Shown here: positions 12,029-24,625 of the stretch, one piece after another
Numbering within the stretch: the stretch's first letter is position 1
Layout of the letters: every line of letters starts with the position of its first letter
The notes under the pieces: generated by a model
What the model saw: the letters and a program-made list of their open reading frames with translations, nothing else
What the model was told of the DNA's origin: nothing
The model's database searches: none
Assembly: GCF_963921235.1 (NCBI RefSeq)
Contig: NC_086108.1
Span: 49,602,001-49,666,000 of the forward strand
Length of the DNA: 64,000 nt
Direction of reading: 5' to 3'
DNA from: Mobula hypostoma
Lineage: Eukaryota
Position numbers and translations under genes: made by a program

Positions 12029-12774
12029 GATATTGCTGGCAATGGTCTATCATCCACTGTCCAGAGCCACCCCATATCTGGTTGCCTACCTTTCAGGCTT
12101 GGTGTAGTCCAAGTGGCATTAATCTCAAGAGTGCAATGAAGAAGTCCGCCTCCAGAACAGCCGTGTAATAAAGTTCCAACTACAATATTGTCAGCTATTA
12201 GAGGTACCAGGGTTTATTAAAATATAACATATATTCTAAACAACAAACTTGCCACCTGCTTACCTGTCTATCTCCTCACCATCTCCAGCCCTGCAATGTA
12301 CAAAGGGTTTCCTAATCTGGCATTAGCCCTAAACTGATGTAGAATTGGAGAGACAATTTCTAAGCATAAACGTCACGGATTCACAGCAAGACCCATTGAC
12401 TGCTGTAGTACAGTGTAGCAAAATGTTCCCCATTGACTTATGCCAGAAAAATTTGGAACTGTTGCCTTAACCACCAAAATCTGAAACAATATTTCTGATA
12501 AAAAGTCATCAGGCCAGAAACTTTACTCCGTTTCTCTTCTCAAAGGTGCTAATTGATCTGCACTTTAATATGAATTTAAGATAGATTGCTTTTGTCATCT
12601 CGAGGGTAATGTTAAATATAACTGCTGTCCAGTTCAGTAATGTTTGTGTAAAATGGCATGTTACATTTATTGTCTGCGTGATGGGGAGACTTTACTTTCT
12701 GTTGAAGCAAAAATAAATTTTGCTTGCAGTTCCATGATTTTGTTGCAGCAGAATTCGGAGTACATTTAATTGAC

Positions 12775-13204
12775 ATCATTTAAACAAGGATGCCAAAAGT
12801 TTTTTTTTCAGATACATAAAGAGAAAAAGAGAGATGTGAGAGGACATGAGACCACTGGAAAATGATATAGCAGTATACCAGAAATTCAATAGTGTTCGGG
12901 GGCAAAAGTGAGTATAGCTGCTATCACTAAAGTGAAGGTGCTTGGGAAGTGGAAAGGCCTGAAAGTAGGTAAGTTTCTTGGACAAGATGGACTACAGCTC
13001 AGGGTTCTGAAAGAGGTAGCTGACTAGATTGTGTTGGCATTGGTAATGATCTTTCAAGAAACAACAGATTCTGGAATGGCTCTGAAGGACTGTAAAATTG
13101 CAAATGTCACTCCACTGTTTAAGAAGGCAGGGAGGCAGAAAGAGGGAAATTATAAGCTTATTAGTCTGACTTCAGTGTTTAGGATGATGTTAGAGTCCAT
13201 TATT
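12775..13204 (+). mobile_element. Older CR1 ORF2 fragment, left part of the host interrupted by the full-length CR1
   Basis: KIANVTPLFKK...NYKLISLTSV; reading continues at 17635. Confidence 0.85.
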
Positions 13205-13636
13205 TGGATCGGGACTACAGAGCGGCGTGGGAGCTGAATTCTGAAGGAAGGCAGTTTTTAAAAAAAACTTCTTTGAGTGCAAGAAGGATGAGACTGTGCA
13301 GGCACGTGACGTAACAGGACAGCACGGAGAGTTTAAAAAGGAGACCACCCTATACAGCGGGCAGCTGTCGGAGCGGGCAGCAGAGTGAGTGGTAGCAGAG
13401 TGTAGGGCTTTGGTTTCAACGGGCTTCGGCGGTAAATGGGAAGAGGCAAGAGCAAAGCGCCAACTCTTTTTTTTCTCCCCCTCCCCCCCTTTCGCAAATA
13501 GGCCCGGACAGACAGAAACAGCAGGGCTCTCACAGCTAACGGTATGAGTTAATGGTTTTAAAAGTTCATCTGTTTGGCGAGGTAAGTGGGTGAGTAGACT
13601 TATTTTTCCTGTTTCATTCCTGTAGAATTAGATAGC

Positions 13637-14956
13637 ATGCCTGCAGGGTTAGTGCTTTGTTCAGGGTGTCAGATGTGGGAATCTTGGAAGACCTCCAGCC
13701 TCCCTGATGGCCACATCTGCGCCAGGTGCACCGAGATGCAGCTCCTCAGAGACCGTGTTAGGGATCTGGAGCTGCAGCTTGATGACCTACTGCTTATCAG
13801 GAAAAGTGAAGAGGTGATAGACAGGAGCTACAGAGAGGTAGTCATCCCTACGCTACAGGGGTCAAAAAACAGGGTCACTGTCAAGCGAGGGAAGGGAAAT
13901 GCCAGGATAGTGGAGAGCACACCTGTGGCTGTCCCCCTCAGCAACAAATATCTTGTTCTGGATGCTGTTGAGGGGGATGACCTGACAGGGGACGCCCACG
14001 GTGACCAGGTCTCTGGCACTGAGCCTGGCGCTGTTGTGCAGGAGGGAAGGAGGGAGAAGAGGAATGCGGTAGTCATAGGGGATTCCATAGTCAGGGGAAC
14101 GGACAGGAGATTCTGTGAGCCTGATAGAGATACCCGCATGGTGTGTTGCCTCCCAGGTGCCAGGGTACGGGATGTCTTGGATCGGGTCCAGAATATTCTG
14201 AAGGGGGAGGGTGAGCAGCCAGTTGTCTTGGTACATGTTGGTACCAATGACATAGATAGGACAACGGAGGAGGTCCTGAAGAGAGATTTCTGGGAGTTAG
14301 GAAGGAAGCTGAGAAGCAGGACCTCCAGGGTAGTAATCTCGGGATTGCTACCTGTGCCACGTGCTAGCAAGGGCAAGAATGGTAGGATCAGGCAGATGAA
14401 TGTGTGGCTGAGAGACTGGTGCAGGGGGCAGGGCTTCAGATTCTTGGATAATTGGGATCTCTTCTGGGGGAAGTATGACCTGTTCAAAATGGACAGGTTA
14501 CACCTGAACCCGAAGGGGACCAATATCCTGGTGGGAAAGTTTAATAGAGCTGTTAAACTAATTTGGCAGGGGGATGGGAACCAGAATGATAGAGTGGAAG
14601 AAGGAGAAAACAGAAATAAATCTAAGATAGTGAGCAGTAAAGATGTCAGGAAAGACAGGCAGGTGATGGGGCAAATTTGTAGCCATTGGGATGAGTTGCA
14701 GTGCAATAAAGTTGCAGTGAAATCAAAGCAAAATGTCCCAAATACTGGTCTTAAGGTGTTATACCTAAATGCACGCAGCATAAGGAATAAAGTGGATGAT
14801 CTTGTTGTACAGCTACAGATTGGCAGGTATGATATTGTGGCCATTACTGAGACGTGGCTAAAGGATGCATGTCTCTGGGAGGTGAACGTCCAAGGATACA
14901 CAGTGTATCTGAAAGATAGGAAGGTACCAGAGGGGGAAGTGTGGTTTTATTGGTAA
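13637..14956 (+). pseudogene. CR1 ORF1 (zinc finger, leucine zipper, SGNH/GDSL esterase) fused in frame to the ORF2 N-terminus
   Basis: CSGC...CARC, LRDRVRDLELQL, VIGDSIVR, CLPGA, HVGTND, DRLHLN, then reads on into LKVLYLNARSIRNK...ITETWL. Confidence 0.9.
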
Positions 14957-17547
14957 GAAATGATATTAAATCATTAGAAAGAGGTGATATAGGATTGGAA
15001 GGTGCAGAATCTTTATGGGTTGAGCTAAGAAATTGCAGGGGTAAAAGGACCCTGATGGCAGTTATTTATAGGCCTCCAAACAGCTGCAGGGATGTGGACT
15101 ACAAATTACAACAGGAAATAGAAAAGACTTGTCAGAAGGGCAGTGTTATGATAATCGTGGGGGATTTTAACATGCGAGTGGATTGGGAAAATCAGGTCGG
15201 CACTGGATCTCAAGAGAGAGAATTTGTAGAATGTCTGCGAGATGGCTTTTTAGAACAGCTTGTTGTTGAGCCCACTAGGGGATCGGCTGTACTGGATTGG
15301 GTATTGTGTAATGAACCGGAGGTGATTAGAGAGATTGAGGTGAAGGAACCCTTAGGAGGCAGTGATCATAACATGATTGAGTTCACTGTGAAATTTTAAA
15401 AAGAGAAGCCGTAATCTGATGTGTCGGTATTTCAGTGGAGTAAAGGAAATTACAGTGGCATGAGAGAGGAACTGGCCAAAGTTGACTGGAAAGGGACACT
15501 GGCGGGAAAGATGGCAGAGCAGCAGTGGCTGGAGTTTATGTGAGAAGTGAGGAAGGTGCAAGACAGGTATATTCCAAAAAAAAAGAAATTTTCGAATGGA
15601 AAAAGGATGCAACCGTGGCTGACAAGAGAAGTCAAAGCCAAAGTTAAAGCAAAGGAGAGGGCATACAAGGAAGCAAAAATTAGTGAGAAGACAGAGGATT
15701 AGGAAGTTTTTAAAAGCTTACAGAAGGAAACTAAGAAGGTCATTAAGAGGGAAAAGATTAACTATTAAAGGAAGCTAGCAAATAATATCAAAGAGGATAC
15801 TAAAAGCTTTTCCAAGTATATAAAGAGTAAAAGACAGGTGAGAGTAGATATAGGACCGATAGAAAATGATGCTGGAGAAATTGTAATGGGAGATAAGGAG
15901 ATGGCGGAGGAACTGAACGAGTATTTTGCATCAGTCTTCACTGAGGAAGACATCAGCAGTATACCGGACACTCAAGGGTGGCAGAGAAGAGAAGTGTGTG
16001 CAGTCACAATTACGACAGAGAAAGTACTCAGGAAGCTGAATAGTCTAAAGGTAGATAAATCTCCTGGACCAGATGGAATGCACCCTCATGTTCTGAAGGA
16101 AGTAGCTGTGGAGATTGCGGAGGCATTAGCGATGATCTTTCAAAAGTCGATAGATTCTGGCATGGTTCCGGAGGACTGGAAGATTGCAAATGTCACTCCG
16201 CTATTTAAGAAGGGGGCAAGGAAGCAAAAAGGAAATTATAGACCTGTTAGCTTGACATCGGTGGTTGGGAAGTTGTTGGAGTCGATTGTCAAGGATGAGG
16301 TTACAGAGTACCCAGAGGCATATGACAAGATAGGCAGAACTCAGCATGGATTCCTTAAAGGAAAATCCTGCCTGACAAACCTATTACAACTTTTTTGAGG
16401 AAATTACAAGTAGGCTAGACAAGGGAGATGCAGTGGATGTTGTATATTTGGATTTTCAGAAGGCCTTTGACAAGGTGCCACACATGAGGCTACTTAACAA
16501 GATAAGACCCTATGGAATTGCGGGAAAGTTACCTACATGGATAGAGTGTTGGCTGATTGGCAGGAAACAGAGAGTGGGAATAAAGGGATCCTGTTCTGGT
16601 TGGCTGCCAGCTTCCAGTGGTGTTCCACAGGGGTCCGTGTTGGGGCCACTTCTTTTTACATTGTACATGAATGATTTGGATTATGGAATAGATGGCTTTG
16701 TGGCTAAGTTTGCTGATGATATGAAGATAGGTGGAGGGGCCGGTAGTGCTGAGGAAACGGAGAGTCTGCAGAGAGACTTGGATAGATTGGAAGAATGGGC
16801 AGAGAAGTGGCAAATGAAATACAATGTTGGAAAATGTATGGTTATGCACTTTGGCAGAAGAAATAAACGGGCAGACTATATTTAAATGGGGAGAGAATTC
16901 AAAGTTCTGAGATGCAATGGGACTTGGGAGTCCTCGTACAGGATACCCTTAAAGTTAACCTCCAGGTTGAGTCGGTGGTGAAGAAGGTGAATGCAATATT
17001 GGCATTCATTTCTAGAGGAATAGAGTATAGGAGCAGGGATGTGATGTTGAGGCTCTATAAGGCACTGGTGAGACCTCACTTGGAGTACTGTGGGCAGTTT
17101 TGGTCTCCTTATTTAAGAAAGGATGTGCTGACGTTGGAGAAGGTACAGAGAAAATTCACTAGAATGATTCCGGGAATGAGAGGGTTAACATATGAGGAAC
17201 ATTTGTCTGCTCTTGGACTGTATTCCTTGGAGTTTAGAAGAATGAGGGGAGACCTCATAGAAATGTTTTGTATTTTGAAAGGCATGGACAGAGTGGATGT
17301 GGCAAAGTGTTTCCCATGATGGGGGAGTCTAGTATGAGAGGGCATGACTTAAGGATTGAAGGACGCCCATTCAGAACAGAAATGCTAAGAAATTTTTTTT
17401 AGTCAGAGGGTGGTGAATCTATGGAATTTGTTGCCACGGGCAGCAGTGGAGGCCAAGTCATTGGGTGTATTTAAGGCAGAGATTGATAGGTATCTGAATA
17501 GCCAGGGCATCAAAGGTTATGGTGAGAAGGCGGGGGAGTGGGACTAA
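14749..17547 (+). pseudogene. CR1 ORF2 (AP endonuclease + reverse transcriptase), disrupted
   Basis: Consecutive ORF fragments 14941-15399, 15838-16398, 16433-16885 and 16912-17319 carry APE and RT motifs. Confidence 0.92.
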
Positions 17548-17634
17548 ATGGGAGAATGGATCAGCTCATGATAAAATGGTGAAGCAGACTCGATGGGCCG
17601 AATGGCCGACTTCTACTCCTTTGTCTTATGGTCT

Positions 17635-19010
17635 ATTATTAAGGATGAGATTTCTGGATACTTGGAGGCACATGATAATTTAGGTTAAAAACAGCATTTG
17701 TTCCTTAAGGGGAAATCTTGCCAGACGAATCTGTTGGAATTCTTTGAGGAAATATGAGACAGGATAGACAAAGGAATGTCAGTGGATGTTGTTTATTTGG
17801 ATTTTCAGAAGGCATTTGACAAGGTGCTGCACATGAGACCATTTAACAAGATAAGAGCCTGTGGTATTACAGGAAAGATACTGGCATGGGTAGAAGATTG
17901 ATTGTCTGCCAGATGTCAAAGAGCAGGAATAAAATGGGCCTTTTCTGGATGGCTGTAAGTGACTGGCGGTGTTCTGCAGGGTTCAGTGTTGGGCCTGCTA
18001 CTTATCACGTTATATGCTCATAGTCTGAGTGATTTACTGATGATACCAACACATGTGGAGGGGTAGGTAGTGTTGAGGAAGCAGGGAATCTGCAAAAGGA
18101 CTTAGATTGATTGGGAACATAGAAGTGGCAGATGATATGCAGCGTAGGGAAGTGTGTCATCATGCATTTCGGTAGAAGGAATGAAGCCGTAAGCTGTTTT
18201 CTAAATGGGGATTGAATTTAGAAATCAGAGGTGCAAAGGGATTTGGGAGTCTAGTGCAGCATTCCCTAGAGGTGACCTTGCAGGCTGAGTCGGTAGTAAG
18301 GAAAGCAAATGCAATGTTAGCATTCATTTTGAGAGGACAAGAATACAATGCAAGGATGTATTGCTAAGGCTTTATAAAGCATTGGTCAGACCACGTTTGG
18401 AGCATTGTCAGCAGGTTTGGGCCCCATATCTAAGACAGGATGTGCTGCTATTGGAAAGGGTGCAGAAGAGGTTTATGAGGATGATCCTAGGAATGAAAGG
18501 TTTAACATATCAGGAGTGTTTTATGGCTCTGGGCTTGTACTCACCAGAGCTTAGAGGAATGAGGAAGGATCTCATTGAAACCTATCAAATATTGAAAGGC
18601 TTAAATAGAGTGGATGTAGAAAGGATGTTTCCAATAGTGGGGGAGTCTAAGACCAGAGGGCACAGCCTCAGAATAGAAGGACCTCTATTTAGATCAGAGT
18701 TGAGGAGGAATTTTTTAGCTGGATGGTGATGATTCTGTAAAATTCATTGCCAAAAATGGCTGTTGAGCCATGTCTTTGGGTGTATTTAAAGTGAAAGTTG
18801 ATATATTCTTGATTAGTAAGAATGTCAAAGATTACAGAGAGAAGGCAGGAAACCATGAGACATAGAAGCAGAATCAGGCCATTCAGCCCATCATTTCTGC
18901 TCTGTCATTCAAGCATGGCTGATTTATTTTCCTTTTCAATCTCATTCTCCTTCCTTCACCCCTTAGCCAGACTCGAACTGAATTGCCTAATTCTTCTCCT
19001 GTGTCTTAAA
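17635..19010 (+). mobile_element. Right part of the older host CR1 (RT to 3' end), with an inverted CR1 tail fragment at ~18850-18960
   Basis: Resumes ATTATTAAGGATGAG (IIKDE); ORF 18361-18729 MLRLYKALVRPRLEHC. Confidence 0.85.
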
Positions 19011-20114
19011 ATTATAGTGTATCCCTTCTCCAGCTAACAAGTAGTTTAATTATCTTTTGTTAAACAGTAAAATATTTCTCCCTCTAAAACTTTTGTTCAT
19101 GTAATTTGTATGTGGACTAGTTTTGGACACAAATTTGCATATTTCCCAAAGGCTACTAAATGCAGCTGCTTTGAGTAATTGTAACCAATTTTGATCATAA
19201 AGCTGCAGATAGTACTAGAGGAAATACAGTCTGGATTAGCAATTGGAATTACCCTGTTGGCCTTTATCAATTTTTATCAATGTACCATAGAAAGCATTCT
19301 ATTTGGATGCACAACTGCTTGGTATGGTAACTTGTGATTTATTTTGCTATCCCTCAAATTAAAGGCATCAAAATATCCATACATATTCCATTTTAATTAT
19401 TATTTGGCTGCCCCTAATTTTCATAGGCTGTAAAGGAAGATAATATGGCCACACCATAATTTCCATCAACTCTTTCACAACTTACAGCTTTTAAGAATTC
19501 TCAGAAGTACCCTACATAAAGTCCACTCTATGGCATCCTCAGCAAAGATTTTCAAATGGTTTTCAATTTGTTCCAAATTATCCATGAATTTTGTCTGGAC
19601 GTTCCTTTCTATTGAAAGTGAACATCGATGGAGAACTTGAGCTGACTCAGAGGAAGCATTACGTTACAAAGCTCAGGTTTTTGAGTTAGATGCCATCAAA
19701 GAGAGGGAATTAGGGTGAACACCCAGTGTCAGGCTAGTGACATCCATCCCCTGGACACCCAGTTATCACTTTAAAGGTGAACTTTAAGCATGTGTTTACC
19801 ATATCCACTAAAAGGGGTGAAACTGAAATTCCTCTGTATTGAGGGGAAGCTTAATGAAGGAAGTGGTTATTAAGAGCTCGAGCATCTCCCAATCCTCGCT
19901 ACAAGGTAGGAATCAGCACAATGGCACTAGATTGCAACACCACAGTTGGGGCCAGGTCTAAATTCTTCTTCATCAGATCTCCTGGTTTTGATTCATGCAC
20001 ATTCCTACCTGGTCAGTTTTCCCTTTCCCTTTTCTCCTTACGCATTTTATTTGAAAACATATGTTATACAGATACATTTAAATCTTAAATAAATTTAAAC
20101 CCCATTAATGACCT

Positions 20115-20415
20115 CTGTCACCCAGGACATGGTCTCTTCTCATTGCTACCATAAAGGAGCCTGAAGATACACACTCAACATTTTAGGAACAACTTCTTCC
20201 CCTCCACCATCAGATTTCTGAATGGACAATGAATCTACAGTATGTACAGTACCTACCTCACTATTTTTTCTTTTTTTGCTCCCTTTTTGCATTAAAAAAT
20301 ATACTTCTTATCGTAATTTATAGTTTCTTTTATTATATGTATTGTAATGTACTGCTGCCACAAAACAACAAATTTCACAATATATGCCAATGATATTAAA
20401 CCTGATTCTGATTAT
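20115..20415 (+). mobile_element. Rex1/Babar-type LINE 3' tail fragment
   Basis: aggaacaacttcttcccctccaccatcag...attaaacctgattctgatt. Confidence 0.75.
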
Positions 20416-21879
20416 GACTTAAAGCCACAAAATTGAAGCATTACATAGATACACTAAAATTAACGGTTGCAGAACTTGTTTATAGCAATAAAAGTTCAAT
20501 TATCACAAGTTTTTAATATCATGCAATTCCTTTAGCAGGGGATTCACAATGTTTACATTTCCCAACCAGCCAGACAAAATTGATTAAAAATACGCAAACT
20601 GTGGAAATGTACGTTACAAGACAGGCGAAATCTGTGGGTAATTGATTTTCAAGTTGAAAAGTGAATCTTAAACGTAAAAGCTCTTTGAATAATAATTGGC
20701 TTGAAGTTAATAGTCAGCAAATGTAATAATGAGTAAACTTAAAAGGGCAGCATTTTTGGCTGCATCACGTTGTAAGTAGCTGTGCTAGGGACATTTGCCC
20801 TGTTCATTGCTGACACTCTACTTAATGAAAATTCCCATTGTTAAATGGGGATCCAGTATCACACTCTGAACATCCATTCAGTCGGAACCAATTTGCAGTA
20901 AATTACAAATAGCCTTGTGGGACACTTATTAGAGCATAAACCATCAAGACTACTGGAATCAAAATTGACTTAAACATAATGAAGATTATCACCAAGGCTT
21001 AAATGTATACGGTCAAGTAGGAGTAGGTAGGTTTTTTTTATATGAAGGCAAACATTGTGGGGGTAGTATTTCCATCCATTAATATTTATATTTGGCTCCG
21101 GCAGTATCATTAGAGACACTGCTGCTGTGGAGAATTTCCAACAGTGAAAGTGAGAAGCAGTCTAGACAATTCCTGTGGCCCAAACGGAGAAAGCGAGGTA
21201 CCCCCCCAAATCTTCTTCCCTTTGCCAGAGGTGGCCTGTCTTTGTTGCACGATCACCCTCCTCCCATACTAGCTTTGAAGATTATGTTTCTTCCTGCCAC
21301 TTTTGCAGATATCACTTCCTTCACAGCCCTCTCCTCACCTGTCTGGATGGTATTTCTCTCTACCAGAATTTCTGACGTTTCCATCCTATCCTTCATCTTC
21401 CTGACCATTTCTTGCTGAATGGTCTGCTATTTGACTGCCACTTGGGTCGAAGGAAAACTGATTTAAACAAAAGATATAGGGTCTCTACCTTAAAGTTCAG
21501 CAGAATAACTGTACTTACAATCTTTTGGGGTTCATCAGCTGTATGCTCATCCAGCTGCATTCTCCCCAATCTCTCCATGAATATTGGTGTCCTTGCCTTC
21601 ATGTCTTTTGCAACTATCAGTTACTATCATTTACCATTACGAGTCCTGAGCTTACAATGGCCTAAAGCTTTCCTCATCCATTCCTCCACAAACAGCTTGG
21701 ACTCCTCTTTGTCTGTCTGTCTTTATTCCCAATCTTTTAGCTTTACCTAAAATGCAAGTCTGAGCAAGACTGGAATAGCTTGGAAGAGTAGTTTAACATC
21801 TCAGACATTTGGAATGGATACAAAAAAGCACTTACAGAATATTCTCTCTCCCTTTCTTTTATTTCTGTTGAACCCTTTA

Positions 21880-21990
21880 TTCTCTGATGAAAAGATATTG
21901 ACCTGAAAATGCTGTCTGACCTGTTGAGAATTTACAACATTTTCTGTTTGGATTTCAGATTTCCAGAATGTGCAATATTTTTATTTTGTA
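21880..21990 (+). mobile_element. Old Penelope terminal remnant with a degenerate hammerhead core
   Basis: ctgatga-aaagatattgacct-gaaa followed by tgctgtctgacctgttgag...ttccag. Confidence 0.55.
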
Positions 21991-22993
21991 CTGCCATTCA
22001 TAGAGTTATACAGCAAGAAAATACTTCTTACCTCAGACCAAGTCTTCTTCAAGTATCAACTACCCATTTACACCAATACTACACAAATTCTATCTTTCTT
22101 TACTGCACCCCCATGTCCCTTAGATTGGACCACAAACCTACAGACTAATGTGATTCATGGTGGCCTTTTAATGTCTATTTGTAATCTATAACTTTAAGTC
22201 AGCTTTCTGTTTCCCTTCTTGAGAAACAAACAATGGCAATTATACAGAAGATTTGAAGGATACTGTGTGCTTTTTGTCCAGAGACAGCAACAGTCTAGCT
22301 CATGTGTACATTTTTCTAGCTCTAGCTCCTGATTCATGGCAGTCCAAAGACACCACCAGAGAGAACAAGAAAAAATGTGTATCTGTAGGAGGAGATCGTG
22401 CGATGAGCATTCATTTGCTTCTCTGTTCCTATACTTGGTAATCTGTTCCTGAAAATTATAGTCCATATTAGTTTCAGAAACATTTACAAGACTGTACAAT
22501 AAATACTAATATTTTTCTAAGTATCTTAGTGCAATATTTGTAGTGGTGTGTGTCTTATAATATATTTGATTTCAGCCACAGTCCTTTGATTTCAGACTGA
22601 GTTATGAGCCACATCTCAAATAAAATACATCCAGTTACCGAGGCTTCCACTGTTTAAAATATGGGTCTGTTCTGGTTCCAAAAACACTTGGCTTACTTCT
22701 GCTTGATATGGTATAAATAGGCCCATTCATGCCAGATATTGATGAATAGAACTTGTTCAAATTCCTTCTTTTTTACTGAAGGAAATCATAGATCAAGTTA
22801 TGTACTCTTGGGATTGCCTGAAACCATGCAAAACTCGGCTCAGCACTGGTTGGCGGGTTGAACTGCAGAAGACTGCAAATCTCGGCTTGCCATCCAGAAC
22901 AGAATCCCATCTCGGAAATACCCATGTAACTATGAGGGCTTGCCTTCTTACCAATGGAGGTTTTAGGCAGATCGCTTGAGAATTTTGTAGACC

Positions 22994-23059
22994 TACAGTA
23001 CTGTGCAAAAGCCTTAGGCACATCTACGTATATAGCTAGGGTGTTGTTGTCAGTACTGT
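22994..23059. mobile_element. Tiny Tc1/mariner-like palindromic MITE, copy 1
   Basis: TA-CAGTACTGTGCAAAAGCCTTAGGCAC...TATATAGCTAGGGTG...CAGTACTG; right arm partly deleted. Confidence 0.6.
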
Positions 23060-23265
23060 TGTAATGATCAATAAACCGATTGATTGGAATCAAATGACCT
23101 TGCCTGGTGTCTCAGGGCTGGGTGTGTCTGTACTCACCCCCTCCCCCGACACTCCTCCTCTGCCACCTGTCCCACACCCTGCCCGCAGCACTCTGCCCTC
23201 ATCATTCCCAGCATCCTTTGCTTCTACCAGATTTACAGGCTCACTCTCCGCTCCACGTTGACAAA

Positions 23266-24625
23266 TACAGTACTGTGCAAAAATCGTAGGCACCCTAGCT
23301 ATATATATAGAAACATAGAAACATAGAAAATAGGTGCAGGAGTAGGCCATTCGGCCCTTCGAGCCTGCACCGCCATTTATTATGATCATGGCTGATCATC
23401 CAACTCAGAACCCAGCCTTCCCTCCATACCCCCTGACCCCTGTAGCCACAAGGGCCATATCTAACTTCCTTTTAAACATAGCTAATGAACTGGCCTCAAC
23501 AGTTTGCTGTGGCAGAGAATTCCACAGATTCACCACTCTCTCTGTGAAGAAGTTTTTCCTAATCTCGGTCCTAAAAGGCTTCCCCTCTATCCTCAAACTG
23601 TGACCCCTCGTTCTGGACCTCCCCAACATCGGGAACAATCTTCCCGCATCTAGCCTGTCCAATCCCTTTAGGATCTTATACGTTTCAATCAGATCCCCCC
23701 TCAATCTTCTAAATTCCAACGAGTACAAGCCCAGTTCATCCAGTCTTTCTTCATATGAAAGACCTGCCATCCCAGGAATCAATCTGGTGAACCTTCTTTG
23801 TACTCCCTCTATGGCAAAGATGTCTTTCCTCAGATTAGGGGACCAAAACTGCACACAATACTCCAGGTGTGGTCTCACCAAGGCCTTGTACAACTGCAGT
23901 AGTACCTCCCTGCTCCTGTACTCGAATCCTCTCGCTATAAATGCCAGCATACCGTTCGCCTTTTTCACCGCCTGCTGTACCTGCATGCCCACTTTCAATG
24001 ACTGGTGTATAATGACACCCAGGTCTCGTTGCACCTCCCCTTTTCCTAATCGGCCACCATTCAGATAATAATCTGTTTTCCTATTTTTGCCACCAAAGTG
24101 GATAACTTCTCATTTATCCACATTAAATTGCATCTGCCATGAGTTTGCCCACTCACCCAACCTATCCAAGTCACCCTGCATCCTCTTAGCATCCTCCTCA
24201 CTGCTAACACTGCCACCCAGCTTCGTGTCATCTGCAAACTTGGAGATGCTGCATTTAATTCCCTCATCCAAGTCATTAATATATATTGTAAACAACTGGG
24301 GTCCCAGCACTGAGCCTTGCGGTACCCCACTAGTCACCGCCTGCCATTCTGAAAAGGTCCCGTTTATTCCCACTCTTTGCTTCCTGTCTGCTAACCAATT
24401 CTCCACCCACACCAATACCTTACCCCCAATACCGTGTGCTTTAAGTTTGCACACTAATCTCCTGTGTGGGACCTTGTCAAAAGCCTTTTGAAAATCCAAA
24501 TATACCACATCCACTGGTTCTCCCCTATCCACTCTACTAGTTACATCCTCAAAAAATTCTATGAGATTCGTCAGACATGATTTTCCTTTCACAAATCCAT
24601 GCTGTATGTCCCTAAGACTTTTGTA
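23266..24625. mobile_element. Tiny Tc1/mariner-like MITE, copy 2, split by a CR1 insertion
   Basis: Left arm TACAGTACTGTGCAAAAATCGTAGGCACCCTAGCTATATA (23266-23307); right arm TATGTCCCTAAGACTTTTGTA (24605-24625). Confidence 0.6.
23308..24604 (-). mobile_element. Young 5'-truncated CR1 LINE (RT to tail (TTCTATGT)n)
   Basis: ORFs 24110-24661 and 23405-24034 carry QHGFVKGKSCLTNL, GVPQGSVLGP, FADDTKL, LEYCVQFWSP. Confidence 0.95.

Larger units (their letters stand above)
13205..17634 (+). mobile_element. Near full-length CR1 LINE (~4.4 kb): 5' UTR, ORF1, ORF2 (APE + RT), 3' UTR; inactivated by stops and frameshifts
   Basis: ORF1 with CxxC...CxxC and SGNH esterase; ORF2 with YLNARS, GDFN, SDH, DFQKAFDKVPH, GVPQGSVLGP, FADD; putative TSD ATTATT at 13199-13204 and 17635-17640. 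Confidence 0.95.

Noticed and set aside
13828..14901. 357-aa minus-strand ORF
   Set aside because: Antisense shadow of CR1 ORF1; no recognisable motifs.
19475..19660. Minus-strand frame RNVQTKFMDNLEQIENHLKIFAEDAIEW...
   Set aside because: Helix-like but short, with no recognisable homology and no partner exons.
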